Made by a program: the position numbers and the translations under genes
Part shown: positions 12,201 to 24,622 of the stretch, piece by piece
Position numbering within the stretch: position 1 is the stretch's first letter
Layout of the letters: every line of letters begins with the position of its first letter
The notes under the pieces: generated by a model
What the model was told of the DNA's origin: nothing
Seen by the model: only the letters and a program-made list of their open reading frames with translations
The model's database searches: none
Assembly (NCBI GenBank): GCA_026936335.1
Contig: JAPMXV010000042.1
Span: forward strand, 62,001 to 126,000
Reading direction: 5' to 3'
DNA length: 64,000 nt
Source: Mantamonas sphyraenae STR306
Taxonomy: Eukaryota; Protista; CRuMs

Positions 12201-12924
12201 CACAACGACAAGCGGGGCGTGTTGGGGAGAGTGCAGGAGGCAAAGGGCAAGGCCATTGTGTGCGGGACACGGTTTCGGGGCAGCGAGATAGGTGGTAGGT
12301 GGCAGCTTACCTGTCGTCGGGTACGTCCAGGGTGAACCTGGCCGCGGCAGGCCAGTTGATGGTGATGGGCGCGTAGGCCTGGCGAATGGCTCGGATGATC
12401 TCGGCAGCGGCCGCGCTCTGGATATCGATGAAGAAGTTGGTAAAGGTGAGGAGAACCTGCTCGCCACCCTTGCTGCTGATCTCCTTGAGGTCGTAGAGGT
12501 GTCCGTCGCGACGGATGTGCTTCTTGCCCGTCATCGACCTCTTGACCGTAAACACGCGGTAGTTGCCCACCACGAGCAAGCGTTCGTCGATCTTGTCACG
12601 CTTGGTTTTCCTGTGCGATGTCGGCGGCGTGAGCAGGAGGCGGGCGCGTGTGTGGATGTGTGGACGAGGGACGGACGGCCCGGTGGTCCGGTGTTTCCGC
12701 TGAATGGACGAATGGGTAGCGCCCCTTTTTGGGGAGAGAAACTCACTTGATCCAGCCCTTGAAGAAGATGTGCTGTGCAGACGTGCAAGGCAAAAGCAGA
12801 CAGTGTGAGCAAGGGGCTGTTGGGATGGAACAGGGGGAACACGTCATGTGCATACCTCGCAATACTCGGCCATGAGCTCGTCGACGAAGGTTTCCTCGCC
12901 GGACGTGAGCTCGCGGTAGGACAT
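9225..12924 (-). CDS. CARMIL: CARMIL-like PH + LRR + proline-rich actin regulator (4 or more exons; frameshift near 10705)
   Basis: ERLLVVGNYRVF PH domain, GGFVEAYQAFC and ALRYNTYF cap, RI-type LRRs, LDWDDNMTTLAGF, poly-Pro tail. Confidence 0.8.
9781..9855. repeat. (GAC/GAT/GAG)n trinucleotide tract encoding poly-Ser on the minus strand
   Basis: Imperfect gacgac... run inside the CARMIL-like CDS. Confidence 0.85.
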
Positions 12925-13234
12925 GCTGCAAACAAAGTAACACGGGAGGGTGTGAGTGACTGTGTGTGTGTGTGGCGCAGAGGGCTAGAAGGCGACAGTA
13001 CAGTTGGAGCATACCTGGGTTGGATTTCGTTGTGGAGTGGGGCGCCACTTAAACCAGCCCAACCCAAATCCGCAAGTGTGAGTTGACGACACCGGATCGA
13101 GCAAACAGACACACGCGCTCGTGCACTGTGAACATGGCCATGGACATGGCGTTGGGCATGCGTGCACACACCCACTGACACACGAACTGGGCGGGGCCGC
13201 CAATTGCGATTTTTTTCTGCATGCGCACAGCGAA

Positions 13235-14754
13235 ATGTCCAACCGCCCGTTTGTGAGCGTCCAAGGAACTGAAGAGCAGGTCAAGCTGCCGCGCGTGTTC
13301 TCTGCCCCCATCCGTAACGATGTGGTGCAGCAGGTGCACACCGGCATGGCCAAGAACAAGCGCCAGGCCTACGCCGTAAACATCGACGCTGGCCACAACC
13401 CGGCTGCCCACTCGTGGGGAACCGGCCGCGCCGTCTCGCGTATCCCGCGTGTGCACGGTGGCGGTACGCGCCGCTCCGGCCAGGGTGCCTTTGGCAACAT
13501 GTGCACTGGTGGTCGCATGTTCGCCCCGACCAAGACGTTCCGCAAGTGGCACCGCCACGTGAACCAGAACCAGCGGTAGGTTTTTTGCCCTCTGGCGTAC
13601 GCCTCCTCCCGTGCTTCCCTGTGCCACCACACCACGCCCAGGCAGCTGCAGCGCAGTCCGACACCTCCAATGTGCGCGCCTGCACCCTCGTTGGGAGCAC
13701 ACCTGCGGTTGTGCGTGTTTGCATGCCTGCACACGCCGTCGTGCGGCTCGAGAAAACCTCGCGTCCTTTTCTGCATGCACTTGGCACGCGTGCCCGCACG
13801 TTTTTTTCCGGCTCCCTGCTGGGCATTCACTCACACTCTCAGCACACGGCGTGTGTTTGTGCATTCCTCAGCCGCTACGCCACCGTGTCGGCCATCGCCG
13901 CCACCGCTGTGCCCGCTCTGGTCATGGCCCGCGGCCATCGCATCGAGTCCGTGCCGGAGATCCCTCTGGTTGTGTCGGACGATGTGCAGAAGCTGACCAA
14001 GACCAAGGCCGCCGTCAAGGCTCTGGCTGACATCAACGCCTTCGACGACGTTGAGAAGGCCAAGAACAGCCGCCACGTGCGCCGCGGTAAGGGCAAGATG
14101 CGCAACCGCCGCAACGTCCAGCGTCGCGGTCCGCTCATTATCTATTCCGAGGACAACGGTGTCGTGCGCGCCTTCCGCAACCTGCCCGGTGTGGAGCTGT
14201 GCCAGGTCGACCGCCTGAACCTGCTGCAGCTGGCTCCCGGTGGACACCTCGGCCGCTTTGTCGTGTGGACCGCCTCTGCCCTCAGCGCCCTGGACCAGAT
14301 CTACGCCCCGGGTGCCAAGAAGGGCTTCAAGGTGCCCACCGCTGCTGTGACCAACCCCAACCTGGCTGCCATCATCAACAGCGACAGCATCCAGAGCGCC
14401 CTGAACCCGAAGAAGCAGGGTTCCAACCTGCAGACCCGCAAGAAGAACCCGCTCAAGAACCTGCAGGCCATGATCAAGCTCAACCCGTACGCCAAGACCC
14501 AGCGCCGCCAGGAGCTGCTGCAGTACAACAAGAAGGCCCGCAAGGTCACCGCCAAGGAGCTGCGCGCTCGCAAGAAGGCTGGCCGCGAGCACTTCAACGA
14601 AATCTCCGCCATCAACGACTGGCGCACCGAGGCCCAGGAGGCCCTGGCTGCCAAGCTCCAGCGTCTGGCTGAGGAGACCAACGATGACAACATCAACTTT
14701 GACGATGAGGACGACTTTGAGGAGGACGCCTCTGCCGACGAGGAGGAGGACTAA
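13235..14754 (+). CDS. RPL4: 60S ribosomal protein L4 (uL4), intron 13576-13871
   Basis: [46 protein letters not shown]; strong codon bias. Confidence 0.98.
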
Positions 14755-14860
14755 ATGCGTACATTGCGTCTTTTCCATTCACATGCCCACTTGATCACAC
14801 GTGCACGTGCACGTGCACGTTGACCCCTGTACACGAGCCTGTCTTGATCTTGATCTGAGC

Positions 14861-16221
14861 TCACTTGGTCGTTGCCGCCAACCCAACCACACCCGAACCC
14901 TGCGAAAGCGATACGATCACGACGCTTGCAACGACGTACACCACACGCGCAAGGAACCCGTACGTGATTTCCATGCCAAACACTGTCCAACGCAGCTCGG
15001 GCCGAGCCAGTGTCAGGACGGCCATGGTGTCGACCAGATCGGCGCGGTTCTCCTGCCGCGACGGCACCATTTGCACAGTCGACAGCCGCTGGAGCAGAAA
15101 GTTGAGGCGTGCGGGTACATACAAGAGCACGGAAATGAGTGGGAGCACCACCAGGGGCATGAGCAGCAGGGTCAGCAGCTGGTCCGTGCCGGCTTGCTGT
15201 GACCCCAAAAGCATGCCCGACAGCAGCGCGTTGGTGAAGCCCAGCTGTGTCACTGTCCATGGAAGCTGCCAAAACTCTGTGTGCATCCGCACCGCATTGG
15301 CGATCCGCTCGATCTGTTCGTGCACCTCTGCCGGGTCCGACGCCACTTCTCTGTCGGCCAGCGTACGGGCCATGTGTCGCAGGCCCATTTCCATGTGCTG
15401 GCACGACATCAGGAACATGACCACGGCATAGAGGACGTTCACGGGCCAGAAGACCCACGTCACCTCCAGCACAATCACACACACGCCCAACCAGGCCCAT
15501 TCGGGGTCGTCCAACACCGAAGCCCCAATTTCCAGACTGGGAAACAGCTGCGCCAGAAACACGCCTACGTACACAACCATCATGATGAGGAACCACTTGT
15601 GCTGCCACTGCAGCATGGTTTGCCACTTCGCCTCGGGCACAGGCAACAACTTCCGCAGCCGGCCCGTCAGGTTCTCCCTGTGAAACCGGAACAGCGCACG
15701 GTGTTGAATCAGGCCCAGAAGGAACGTCAGCGTGCCTGCAACCACAAACACAGCAAAGAGGATGTCTGAGGATGCCCCACGAGTGTCAGCGACGCCTGCG
15801 AGACCTGGCCGCGCAAGTCTTCCCACCGGCTCCGGTTGCCCCCGTCCCACCACTCACCGCTGGATGGAAAGAAGCCTCGCATGCTGCCGGCTGTGTAGTA
15901 TGCCACCGGTCCGACGCACAGGTAGAGCACCAGAAAGAACCGCGGCACCCACACGTAGCCGGGGTGCCGCAACGACAACTGGTGGCCAAAAAACACCAGC
16001 AGGGCGCGGATGAACGGCGGCTCGTCCCATCCTTCCACTTGGCCCTTGTCTCGTTTGTCTCCTTCCTCCACGTGCTCCCTTTTCTCTGCCCACACCTTGC
16101 CCTTGCCGCCCTCGGCCGCCTCGTCTGCTCGCAACGAGGCAATTTCCACCACCTCTTGTCCGTCCCTCGCCTGCATCACCTGCTTCCGCGTGCCCTTGGG
16201 CGCAGATGCATGAGTTGACAT
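14861..16221 (-). CDS. Gustatory-receptor-like 7TM ion channel family protein (GRL-1), intron about 15767-15857
   Basis: About 7 hydrophobic segments; C-terminal WTVFGMEITYGFLARVVYVVASVVIVSLSQ resembles the 7TMIC TM7a/7b pattern. Confidence 0.55.
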
Positions 16222-16257
16222 GGGCTCAGCACCACGAGGACGTGTTTTTGCAGAGAT

Positions 16258-18620
16258 TTACTGGTTCGCCAGGCGCTCTTCAACCAAATCGCCTCGCAGC
16301 ACCACCTCGTCCTCCTTCTCTTCGTTCTCCCATGCCAGCACGTCGTCGTCCAGTTGCATGTCTGTCCACTCCAGCTCGTCGTGCATGCTGACAACCATGG
16401 TCGTCCACACGTCCACACGCGAGTGCAGCGCCACCTCCACCTGTTCTGCCACCATGCTATCGTAGTACGAAACGTCCAGGTCGTCCAGCATGGGGATACT
16501 TGGCCGCAACGGCGACGCCTGGCCCTCGTGCAGTGGCGGACGGATGTGCAAAGACGTTCCCGTCGTCCGCGTTCCGCTCGACCCCGGCGACAAGCTTGTC
16601 ATCAAACCCACTTCAATGAGTGGCAACGGCAGCCCTCCCTGCGACGGCACCCTATTCCTCGACGTGCTCGAGCTCTGTACACTGCTGCTCACCGACAGCA
16701 TCTCGAAGCGCGCCGTCGACGCAGATACACTCGTGACGCCCGCCGTGTTGACGGTCCCTGACGCCACCACCCCACTTTCTTGCCCTCCACTCTGCATATC
16801 GCTGATCGTGGTGTCCACCTGGCCCATCGGCGCACAGCTGTTCAGCCGCATGTTAAACTTGTACACCGCCCACATCACGTTCAACACAAACGCCACAAAG
16901 CACACCGTCAGCAAGTTTCCTAGCAGCAGTTCTGCGCCTTTGGTCGACGAAGGCGGCGACAACATGACCACAAGCAGGCCCAGGGCGATGGCTTCCAGCA
17001 CGTGCCGCCCGCACTGCGCAAATAGCAGGAGATGACTCGACTGGTCTCGTACTGCATCTCGAGCCTCCGTAATCATTGCGTCTCGGAACCCCTGCAGCGG
17101 CAGCCCAGCCGCACGCATCAGTTCGAACCGCGTGATCCGTTCCGCACTCTCGATTTGCGTCAGATCTTTGTGAGACGTCAGCAGCAGCGACAGATCGCCT
17201 ACCAACCCAGCAACACATGCTAACCAAAACTCTTGGGCCACCACATGCCTGTGCGGGCCCACAAATCCCCAGTTGCTCACGTGCCCAGAAAAATGCGGAT
17301 GCCGCACAAGGTAGCCCATCCACAACCCCTGTGCGATGGCAAGCAGCCACAGTGCATGCCATCCAACCAGATACGACAATGCAGACAGGATCAACAGCCT
17401 TGCAAGCACATCCACACTCGTTTTCACCAGAAAGAAGCTCCAGACTCGCAGCGACTCTTGCGACGCTTGCGTTTGCATCACGTTGTGCATCCCCTTTGTG
17501 AAACGAGCCAGAGCAACCCGCCGCGACCGGTTTGACCGGCTTGCGTGGTCCACACACAGCGCATACGTGTTGAACAAGGGAAACACGAACCGCGAGTAAT
17601 TCCTTTGCACAGCTTGCCAGTTCAACCGCACCAACGCCAGCATGAGATACAGTACGCTTGCCGTCAGAGCCACAGTGTGTTCTACGACTGTCATGAACAG
17701 ATTGGTCTTGTACAGGTAGTGCAGATGTGCAACACCCTGTCACCATATGCGAACAAATATTCTTGTGTCAGCCGCGTCCCATTCCTCGCCAAAAAGGGAA
17801 AAAACCAGCCCGTTCTCCACACAGGCCCACACAGCCATGCACGCCCTTTGCCATACTGCCTGCTCACTAGACGCAGTGAACCAAAGGCCACTGTGCTCGT
17901 CTCGTGTCCTTCCCTCATGCAGGAGCCCCACACGCGCGCTGGCACTGGCATCCTGCAATTTGTTCCAGACAACTGCACACTCGGATCCGCACTTACCGTC
18001 AACAGAGAGCGCCCGAACGCGTGACAATACACGTCATCCCATGTTTCGATCCGTTCCTGGATGTCTGCGTTGATACACCGCTCAGTTGCCTCTGAATGCC
18101 TCTGTGCGGCAGGCTGAGGCAAACGCACGACCTGGAGCGTTGGCAGCAATTCGGCCAGCGGATTCGCGGGTACCTGAGCTTCAACGTCACCTTCCGCCTC
18201 ATCATTTGCTGGGGTGTGACTGGTTCCGCTGTCCTCCCTTGTCCCAGACTTGCTCGAGCTGCTCTCATCGTGCACGTGGCTCGTGTAACGGAAGAGTGCG
18301 AACGCCTCTGCTGCTGGCACGTTGATCAGCGTCACCGCCATGACCAGTTGCAACAGAAACTCCCGTGTGTTTCGATATCCTTTTCGATACACGGATATGT
18401 GCTCCCACGCACTCAACACAGCGGGCAGCAGCAGTGCAAACAAGAACACTCCAACGGCCATGAAATCCCCTGCCCACGACGCGTTTACAATCGTCGACAG
18501 CGTCATGGAGACATCTGCCAGATGGATCAGCATGCCCAACCACCGTAGTAGCGGCAATGCCGTGAATACATGCGACGTGCGGCTGTGAATCGGTTTGCCC
18601 GATTGCCAGCCGCTCTCCAT
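16258..18620 (-). CDS. XK-related (scramblase-like) multipass membrane protein (frameshift near 17730)
   Basis: IHLADVSMTL...FLFALLLPAVL N-terminus, VDVLARLLILSAL motif, acidic tail; the two ORFs join via HLHYLYKTNLFMTVVEH. Confidence 0.5.
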
Positions 18621-18713
18621 GCACAGAAATGATGGCGCCGCCGGAGCTCGCCTGTACTGATTTCCACAACCCACACAGCAACCAAACCTCTCCTCATCAA
18701 TGCAATCGAATCA

Positions 18714-20378
18714 TCACACGGGTTGCAACAGACGCGTCAATGTGTCCTGGCCTGCCAAGAGCACCAACGCCGTGAGCGAAAGCGACGCCGTTTGCAGCAC
18801 CAGCGAATACGTGATGGGTGTGTTGAACAGACGCATGCCCACACGCGCCTCGCTGATCTGATGGAACAGCATCAGCCGCTCGTTCTGTGCCTGTGCCTCC
18901 TTGCGAGCAAGCCTAGCCAGCGCCTTGGCCCCGTTCTCCCCACCTTCCTCTGCATCCTCACCTTCCTCGCCCTCTGCCTCCTCCTTTCCCTCTGCCTCCT
19001 CTCCTGGCACCACAGCCAGCAGCGCATGCCCAGCAAGATACCTCTGCGTGGGCGCTGTCGCCAAACTCACCACAGCCCGCATGGATCCTCTGTGAAGCTC
19101 CGCCACCTCTTTCCTGTGCACCTCCTCTTCCTCCTCCACACTCATCATGACCCCACCTCGCTGCAGCTCACTCCTCTCCAGTGGCACATTGATCGCCAGA
19201 CCCGTCAGGAACGGAATGGCCTCGTTCCTCAAATCCACCCATGCGCTCGACACCCACGCACACACAAACAGCGGCATCAGGGACATCAGCATAAAGAACC
19301 CAGACCAATAGAACAAAAGTTCCGCACTCTTGTCTGTCATCGCCATCAGAATGCTGAAAACCACAGAGACGCCACCAACAAACCCAAACACAAGCACAAT
19401 CCAACGGAACCGTGCTGAAAACAGGTCCATGTTGTACTTGATCACTGTGTGCTGCTTGGCCAACGAACGGTGCCACGCAATGCGCTGCTCCAGCGATGCG
19501 CCACCAAGTCGACGTGCCGAAAACAGCATCTCAAAGCGCAGGAAGCCGATGTGGTTGGTGATCACAGATGCCAGCATTGACCACACAACCCAACAGGCCA
19601 TGAATCCCATGATGTGGTGCACAGCAGAGAACAGCGAAACCAACTGAATCCACACAACATGCTCCGGATACACGGCCAGGGGGGCTTCCATAATGTTGAA
19701 CACCACAGTGAAAACGTATCCTACCGTGAGGACGCCACCAACGACCACCACTGTGCTCAGGCTGTCTCCTTGGACCTCCTTGGTCAGCATGAACGTAGGT
19801 TCAAACAGAAACACTGCGTCCCCGTCCCCACGTGCCCCCCCTGCGCCTTCCACCACCCTATGCACAGCCAAACTGTCGCCTCCCGCCACTTGCACCACTT
19901 CCTCCTGCTGTGGTGCAACTTGATCATCGGAACCGGCCCAGTTTCCCTGCAACGGCGCTTTCTTCCTCTTTTGCTCCCCAAGCACCGCTTTGACCTTTCC
20001 ACTTTGTCCTCTTTTCTCCTGCGCGTCTGTGCACACAGTGGCCTCGCACTTCATCCCAAGAGCCGCTCTCAAGGGACTGCGCACGCGCGAGCGCTCGTGC
20101 CAAGCAAAGAGCTCCGGCAGCGTCTCGTCTGCAATCGAATGCGTCCCAATCAACGCCAACATGGACAACAACCACACCAAAGCAGACGGCCACAGCCTAA
20201 AAACGCCTCGGAATGCTATGGGGGACACCATCTCGCAGGCAATCACCAGCACCTCCGCACAGTACAAATACCACCGCAACGCCCGGTTTCCATGCATCCC
20301 ACTGGCCTTGAGCACTGAGTTCACCAACGGCAGTCTCTGCACAAATTCCTCCACATCCTCGTTGGGAAATTTGGCCAT
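18714..20378 (-). CDS. Gustatory-receptor-like 7TM protein (GRL-2)
   Basis: Shared paralogue motifs SPLRAALG, IGFLRFE, WVSSAWVDLRNEAIPFLTGLA; TM7-like VGMRLFNTPITYSLVLQ. Confidence 0.6.
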   Translation of the reverse strand: MAKFPNEDVEEFVQRLPLVNSVLKASGMHGNRALRWYLYCAEVLVIACEMVSPIAFRGVFRLWPSALVWLLSMLALIGTHSIADETLPELFAWHERSRVRSPLRAALGMKCEATVCTDAQEKRGQSGKVKAVLGEQKRKKAPLQGNWAGSDDQVAPQQEEVVQVAGGDSLAVHRVVEGAGGARGDGDAVFLFEPTFMLTKEVQGDSLSTVVVVGGVLTVGYVFTVVFNIMEAPLAVYPEHVVWIQLVSLFSAVHHIMGFMACWVVWSMLASVITNHIGFLRFEMLFSARRLGGASLEQRIAWHRSLAKQHTVIKYNMDLFSARFRWIVLVFGFVGGVSVVFSILMAMTDKSAELLFYWSGFFMLMSLMPLFVCAWVSSAWVDLRNEAIPFLTGLAINVPLERSELQRGGVMMSVEEEEEVHRKEVAELHRGSMRAVVSLATAPTQRYLAGHALLAVVPGEEAEGKEEAEGEEGEDAEEGGENGAKALARLARKEAQAQNERLMLFHQISEARVGMRLFNTPITYSLVLQTASLSLTALVLLAGQDTLTRLLQPV

Positions 20379-20443
20379 GGGAATTCGTTGTGGTGTTCGT
20401 TTGCAAGCCCCGACGCACGCCCACACAATCCAACCACGCACGC

Positions 20444-22014
20444 ATGCCTCGCTTCCCGGACCCCAACGTGGAAGAATTTCTACGCAAGTCGCCCTGGATG
20501 CACAGGCTGCTCGTTGCAGCTGGCATGAATGGCAACCGTCCGCTGCAAGTGTACTTGCAGCTGATGATGGCCACCACCATTGGCTGCGACCTCCTCGGCC
20601 CCTTCTTTGTCGGCGGCTTCTTCTTTCTCTCTCCCAGTGTCCTAACCTGGTGTGTCTCGTGGGCGTGCTACGTCAGTGGCCTCAGCTTGTGCCGCGTCCT
20701 CCTCCCTGGTCTCCTCGCCTGGCACAACAAACAGGCCATGTACAGTCCTCTCCGAGAAGCCCTCGGCATGAAATCTCGCTCTACATCTCGCATCGACCGT
20801 CCCAACGCCTCACCTTCTTCCTCTGCTGCCAAGGAGCCCCGTGAGAAAACACGCATCCACCCGCCCAAGAATCACGCCTGGACCTCCAACTCGGACGACA
20901 GCACCACCCGTGCCTCCCCATCGCCCCCCTCTGCGCGCGAATTCAACTCTGTCGAGGTCGTCCACCACACCCTCGATGTCCATCACAGCGACGAAACCGA
21001 CGACGGGGCCGTTCTCCTTTTCGACACCCCGTTTCTCCTTCTCCGTGCTTCCGAGAGCGATGGCCTTGGCACAGCTGCCTTTCTCGGCTCCCTCCTTCTC
21101 GTGGGCTATTCCACCAGCAACCTCCTCGTCGATACGTCCACCATGCCCCCTGGGTGGTCCCGTTTCTCATCGTCAACCTCGTCTCCTCCTACCACCACTT
21201 TCTATGCCTCAGTGCTGCCACCCTCGTGTGGACCATCCTCTCCTACATCATCATCACCCAAATCAACCATCTCCGTTTCGAGATCGCCTTCACAGCACGA
21301 CGCCTCGCGGATGCCACTCCCCAGCAGCAGATCAACTGGCACCGGGCACTTGCCTCCCAACACAAAATCATCAAAGTCAACATGGAGCTCTTCTCCCTTC
21401 GCTTCCGCTGGATCACAGCCTTCTTTGCTCTCTTTGGCGGCATCGCTACCGTCGGTTCCGTCATCACCGCGTTCATCGAGCCCGGCGCCTCAGCCCTCCT
21501 GTTTTGGAGCGTGTTTTTCCTTGCTTTGTCTCTTGCTCCTCTCATGATCGCTTCCTGGATCAGCTCAAACTGGATTGAGCTTCGCAATGAGGCCATCCCC
21601 TTCATCACAGGCCTCGCCATGGCGCTGCCCCTAGAGGAAGAAGAAGCCAAAGACAACAACCACATGATGAGCATTGAGCAAGAGGAGGAGCTTCACCGCC
21701 ACGACCTCGAACGCATCTACTCCTCTCGCAAGAGGGCGCTGATGTTCCTCGCCGATCCAACTGCCCGCTACCTGGAATCCTGTGCAACAACAGCCATCAT
21801 CCTTCACCCTCCCCAAGATCCCGTCCTCGCTTCTACGCTGCGTGACGAGCGTCTTCTCCTCCAGCAGCAACTGGAACAGGGCCAAGTCGGCATCCGCTTC
21901 TTCAACCAGAGCGTCACCTGGTCGCTTGTCGCCAAGGTGGCCTCCTTCTCCACCACTGCCCTGGCCATCTTTTCCTCCCAGAGTGCCCTCTTCCAGGGTG
22001 CCACCGCCTCCTGA
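20444..22014 (+). CDS. Gustatory-receptor-like 7TM protein (GRL-3), frameshift near 21155
   Basis: Paralogue of GRL-2: SPLREALG, INHLRFE, LRNEAIPFITGLA, VGIRFFNQSVTWSLV. Confidence 0.6.
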
Positions 22015-22048
22015 ATGAACCGATCTCTGCGCCCTTCCATCCATCCCA

Positions 22049-23509
22049 ATGTCCGCCGAGTCCACGCAACCACTTCAGCTCTCGGAAGATGCCCCGCTCA
22101 TTCCTGCTGATCCCCACACCACCATCCGCAAGGGCTCCCTGCCCGGCTCTGTCGCCAATCTCCTCAATACCATGATTGGCGCAGGCATCCTCGCCTTGCC
22201 CTTTGCCTTCAAGAGCTCTGGGCTCGCCCTTGGCTCCGTCCTCCTCTTCTTTGTCTCCTGCCTCCAAGGCCTGTCTCTACACCTCCTTCTCCGCTGCAGA
22301 GTCCTCTCCGGTGGGGTGTCTACCTACGAGGACATCGGGCGCTTCACTTTTGGGCCTCGTATGGCCACCGCAGTCAAGGTCATCATCGTCCTGCAAACCT
22401 TTGGCGTCATCACCGCCTACCTCATGATTGCCGGCGACCTGACACCCACCCTCCTCAACTACCTCGTCGACACTCCGGCTTGGTACACCTCACGCACCAT
22501 TGTCATCATTGCCCTCTCCCTCTTTGTTCAAGTCCCTCTCTGCCTTTTGCGTCGTTTGAACTCCCTCCGGTACACCTCCTTCCTTGCCATGACGTTTATG
22601 CTCTACCTCACCGCTTATGTCGTATCACGCGCAGGCACCATTGGCTTCACCAAGGATCCCGTCGCCTTCCGCTGGGACCGCTCGGTGTTCCTCACCGTGC
22701 CCATCATCTCTCTCGCCTACACCTGTCACATGAACCTGTTCCCCATCCACAACGAGCTCACCCAACCCACTCGTCAGCGCGGCGCAGCACTTGTCAACGC
22801 CACAGTGTTCTCCGCAACCTGTCTCTATGCCCTCGTTGCGTCGTTTGGCTACGTCACTTTCTACGAAGACACCCTCGGCAACCTTCTCATCAACTACAGC
22901 GATTCGCACGACGCCTTTATCATCATTGGACGCCTGGGTGTCATTGTCACGGTCACCCTCAGTATCCCCGTGGGCCACTATCCGTGCAGGCAGTCTCTGG
23001 ACATGTTGCTGTTTGCCCCGCCTTCCAACGCCAATCCAGACGATCCCAAGCAGCCGGGTGACGCCGTCAATTACGAAATCCCCACGCGTCGCTTTGTTGG
23101 CGAAGCCCTTCTCATCATTTCCCTCGCCACTCTCCTGGCCGTCCTACTGGAGGACATCAGCGTCGTTCTCGACTTTCTCGGCTCCACTGTCTCCACTGCA
23201 CTCTCCTACGTGTTTCCAGCCATGTTCTATCTCCGACTCACCCACTGGTCGGCCAACCCCAATGCCCGGGCCCTTCACCTTGCCCAGGCCTCGTACGGCA
23301 CGCGTGACAACAACGACGCCTCCGTCGAAGCCCATCCCCGCCCAGCCGCTTCCGTCTCCTTCCTCGACAGGATATGCATGCGCTGCATAGGTTCTCCGTT
23401 TCAGCCCAGCAGGTGGCATGCCTACGTCCTCTGGCTCGCTGGTGTCCTCTTTGGCATCATCGGCTTTGTCGAAACGTTTGCTGGCCTTGTGTCTGGCCAG
23501 GGCCACTGA
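22049..23509 (+). CDS. Amino-acid transporter, SLC38/AVT (Aa_trans) family
   Basis: NLLNTMIGAGILALPFAF, SLRYTS, AYTCHMN, FGYVTF, about 11 TM segments. Confidence 0.92.
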   Translation: MSAESTQPLQLSEDAPLIPADPHTTIRKGSLPGSVANLLNTMIGAGILALPFAFKSSGLALGSVLLFFVSCLQGLSLHLLLRCRVLSGGVSTYEDIGRFTFGPRMATAVKVIIVLQTFGVITAYLMIAGDLTPTLLNYLVDTPAWYTSRTIVIIALSLFVQVPLCLLRRLNSLRYTSFLAMTFMLYLTAYVVSRAGTIGFTKDPVAFRWDRSVFLTVPIISLAYTCHMNLFPIHNELTQPTRQRGAALVNATVFSATCLYALVASFGYVTFYEDTLGNLLINYSDSHDAFIIIGRLGVIVTVTLSIPVGHYPCRQSLDMLLFAPPSNANPDDPKQPGDAVNYEIPTRRFVGEALLIISLATLLAVLLEDISVVLDFLGSTVSTALSYVFPAMFYLRLTHWSANPNARALHLAQASYGTRDNNDASVEAHPRPAASVSFLDRICMRCIGSPFQPSRWHAYVLWLAGVLFGIIGFVETFAGLVSGQGH

Positions 23510-23567
23510 GTGGATTCCTTTTGCGCGCGACTTTGGTTTCCAATGCACAGACACACATATCTCGGTG

Positions 23568-24542
23568 TCACCTCAATGACAGGTCCACCATTTCGTCCAG
23601 CTCCTCCACACTCTCCATCACCGCGCGCAGCAACTTCTCGCTTTCGCCTGTCCTCTTTCTGCGTCGGTGCTTTCCTTCGCCGTCCCTGCCGCTGCTGCTG
23701 TTGTTGCTGCTGCCTGTCTGTTCGATCATCCGTTGCAGACGGTTCACCTTGGCCAGACGCATGTTTTCTGCCCGCAAACCTTGTGCTTTCTTCGCCTTGC
23801 GTCTCTGAGCTTCCGCCGTCTGCTCGGCTTGGCCCAATTGCTGACGCAGCTCTTCCACTTGTTTGCGCAGTCCTCTGTTGGCCTCTGCCAGCTCCTCTCG
23901 CTTTCGCTCCGCTGCAGCCGTCTCCTTTCGCAAACGCGCCCGATCTGCCTCCAGTTCCCGTTGCTTCTCCTGCTGCACACGTACGAGGCCCAGCGCCTCC
24001 TTTAGGTCGCGTTTGATTCCGTCAAACGCACGTACAGCGCCCATGAGTTCCTGCTTTTCGCGTTGAGCCTCGCCCAGCGCAAAGCGCAACTCCTGCTTTT
24101 CTGCCTGTGCGTCGCCCAGCTGCGTCTTGAGCCGTACCACCATCCCCTTTTGCACCTCCACTTCCTCACGTGTCACATGAAGCTCCCTTCCCAGTTCACT
24201 CTGCACGCTCTCGCGCTGGCCGGCGTGCGTTTCTGCGTTCTGCTGCCAACGCTGCCTGCTGGCCTCCACTTCCACCACGCGTTCTTCCAACACTGCACAC
24301 CGGGCTTTCCACGTCTCCACCTCCTCTTCCAACGCCTTTGCCCTTCGCTTCCCCTCAGCCACCTCCTGCTCCAAGTTCCAGCGCACTTTGCCGCCGGCCT
24401 CCTCCCGCGCCTCCAGCCGCTCCACAAGCTCGTCCAGCCGCACGCTTTCCAACTCCCGGATGCTCCGTTCGTTCTCTGCGCGCAGATGCTTCAACTTGGC
24501 CACCATCTCGCCAATTTCTGCCTGCGGGTCGTCGTCGCTCAT
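23568..24542 (-). CDS. Coiled-coil protein of unknown function
   Basis: About 320-aa E/R/K/Q-rich heptad-pattern ORF from MSDDDPQ. Confidence 0.7.
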   Translation of the reverse strand: MSDDDPQAEIGEMVAKLKHLRAENERSIRELESVRLDELVERLEAREEAGGKVRWNLEQEVAEGKRRAKALEEEVETWKARCAVLEERVVEVEASRQRWQQNAETHAGQRESVQSELGRELHVTREEVEVQKGMVVRLKTQLGDAQAEKQELRFALGEAQREKQELMGAVRAFDGIKRDLKEALGLVRVQQEKQRELEADRARLRKETAAAERKREELAEANRGLRKQVEELRQQLGQAEQTAEAQRRKAKKAQGLRAENMRLAKVNRLQRMIEQTGSSNNSSSGRDGEGKHRRRKRTGESEKLLRAVMESVEELDEMVDLSLR

Positions 24543-24622
24543 GCCAGTGTCGGTGGTGTGTCCGTTCCGTTCGTCGTCTGTGTTGTCCCCGCAGTCGCTG
24601 CCAAGCCAACGTCCCCACCTGC

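Noticed and set aside
13576-13871. Intronic snoRNA in RPL4
   Set aside because: No box C (RTGATGA) or terminal box D found, and no convincing H/ACA layout
17691-17694. ATGA overlap suggesting two coupled genes
   Set aside because: Better explained as one XK-like gene with a single-base frameshift about 40 nt upstream
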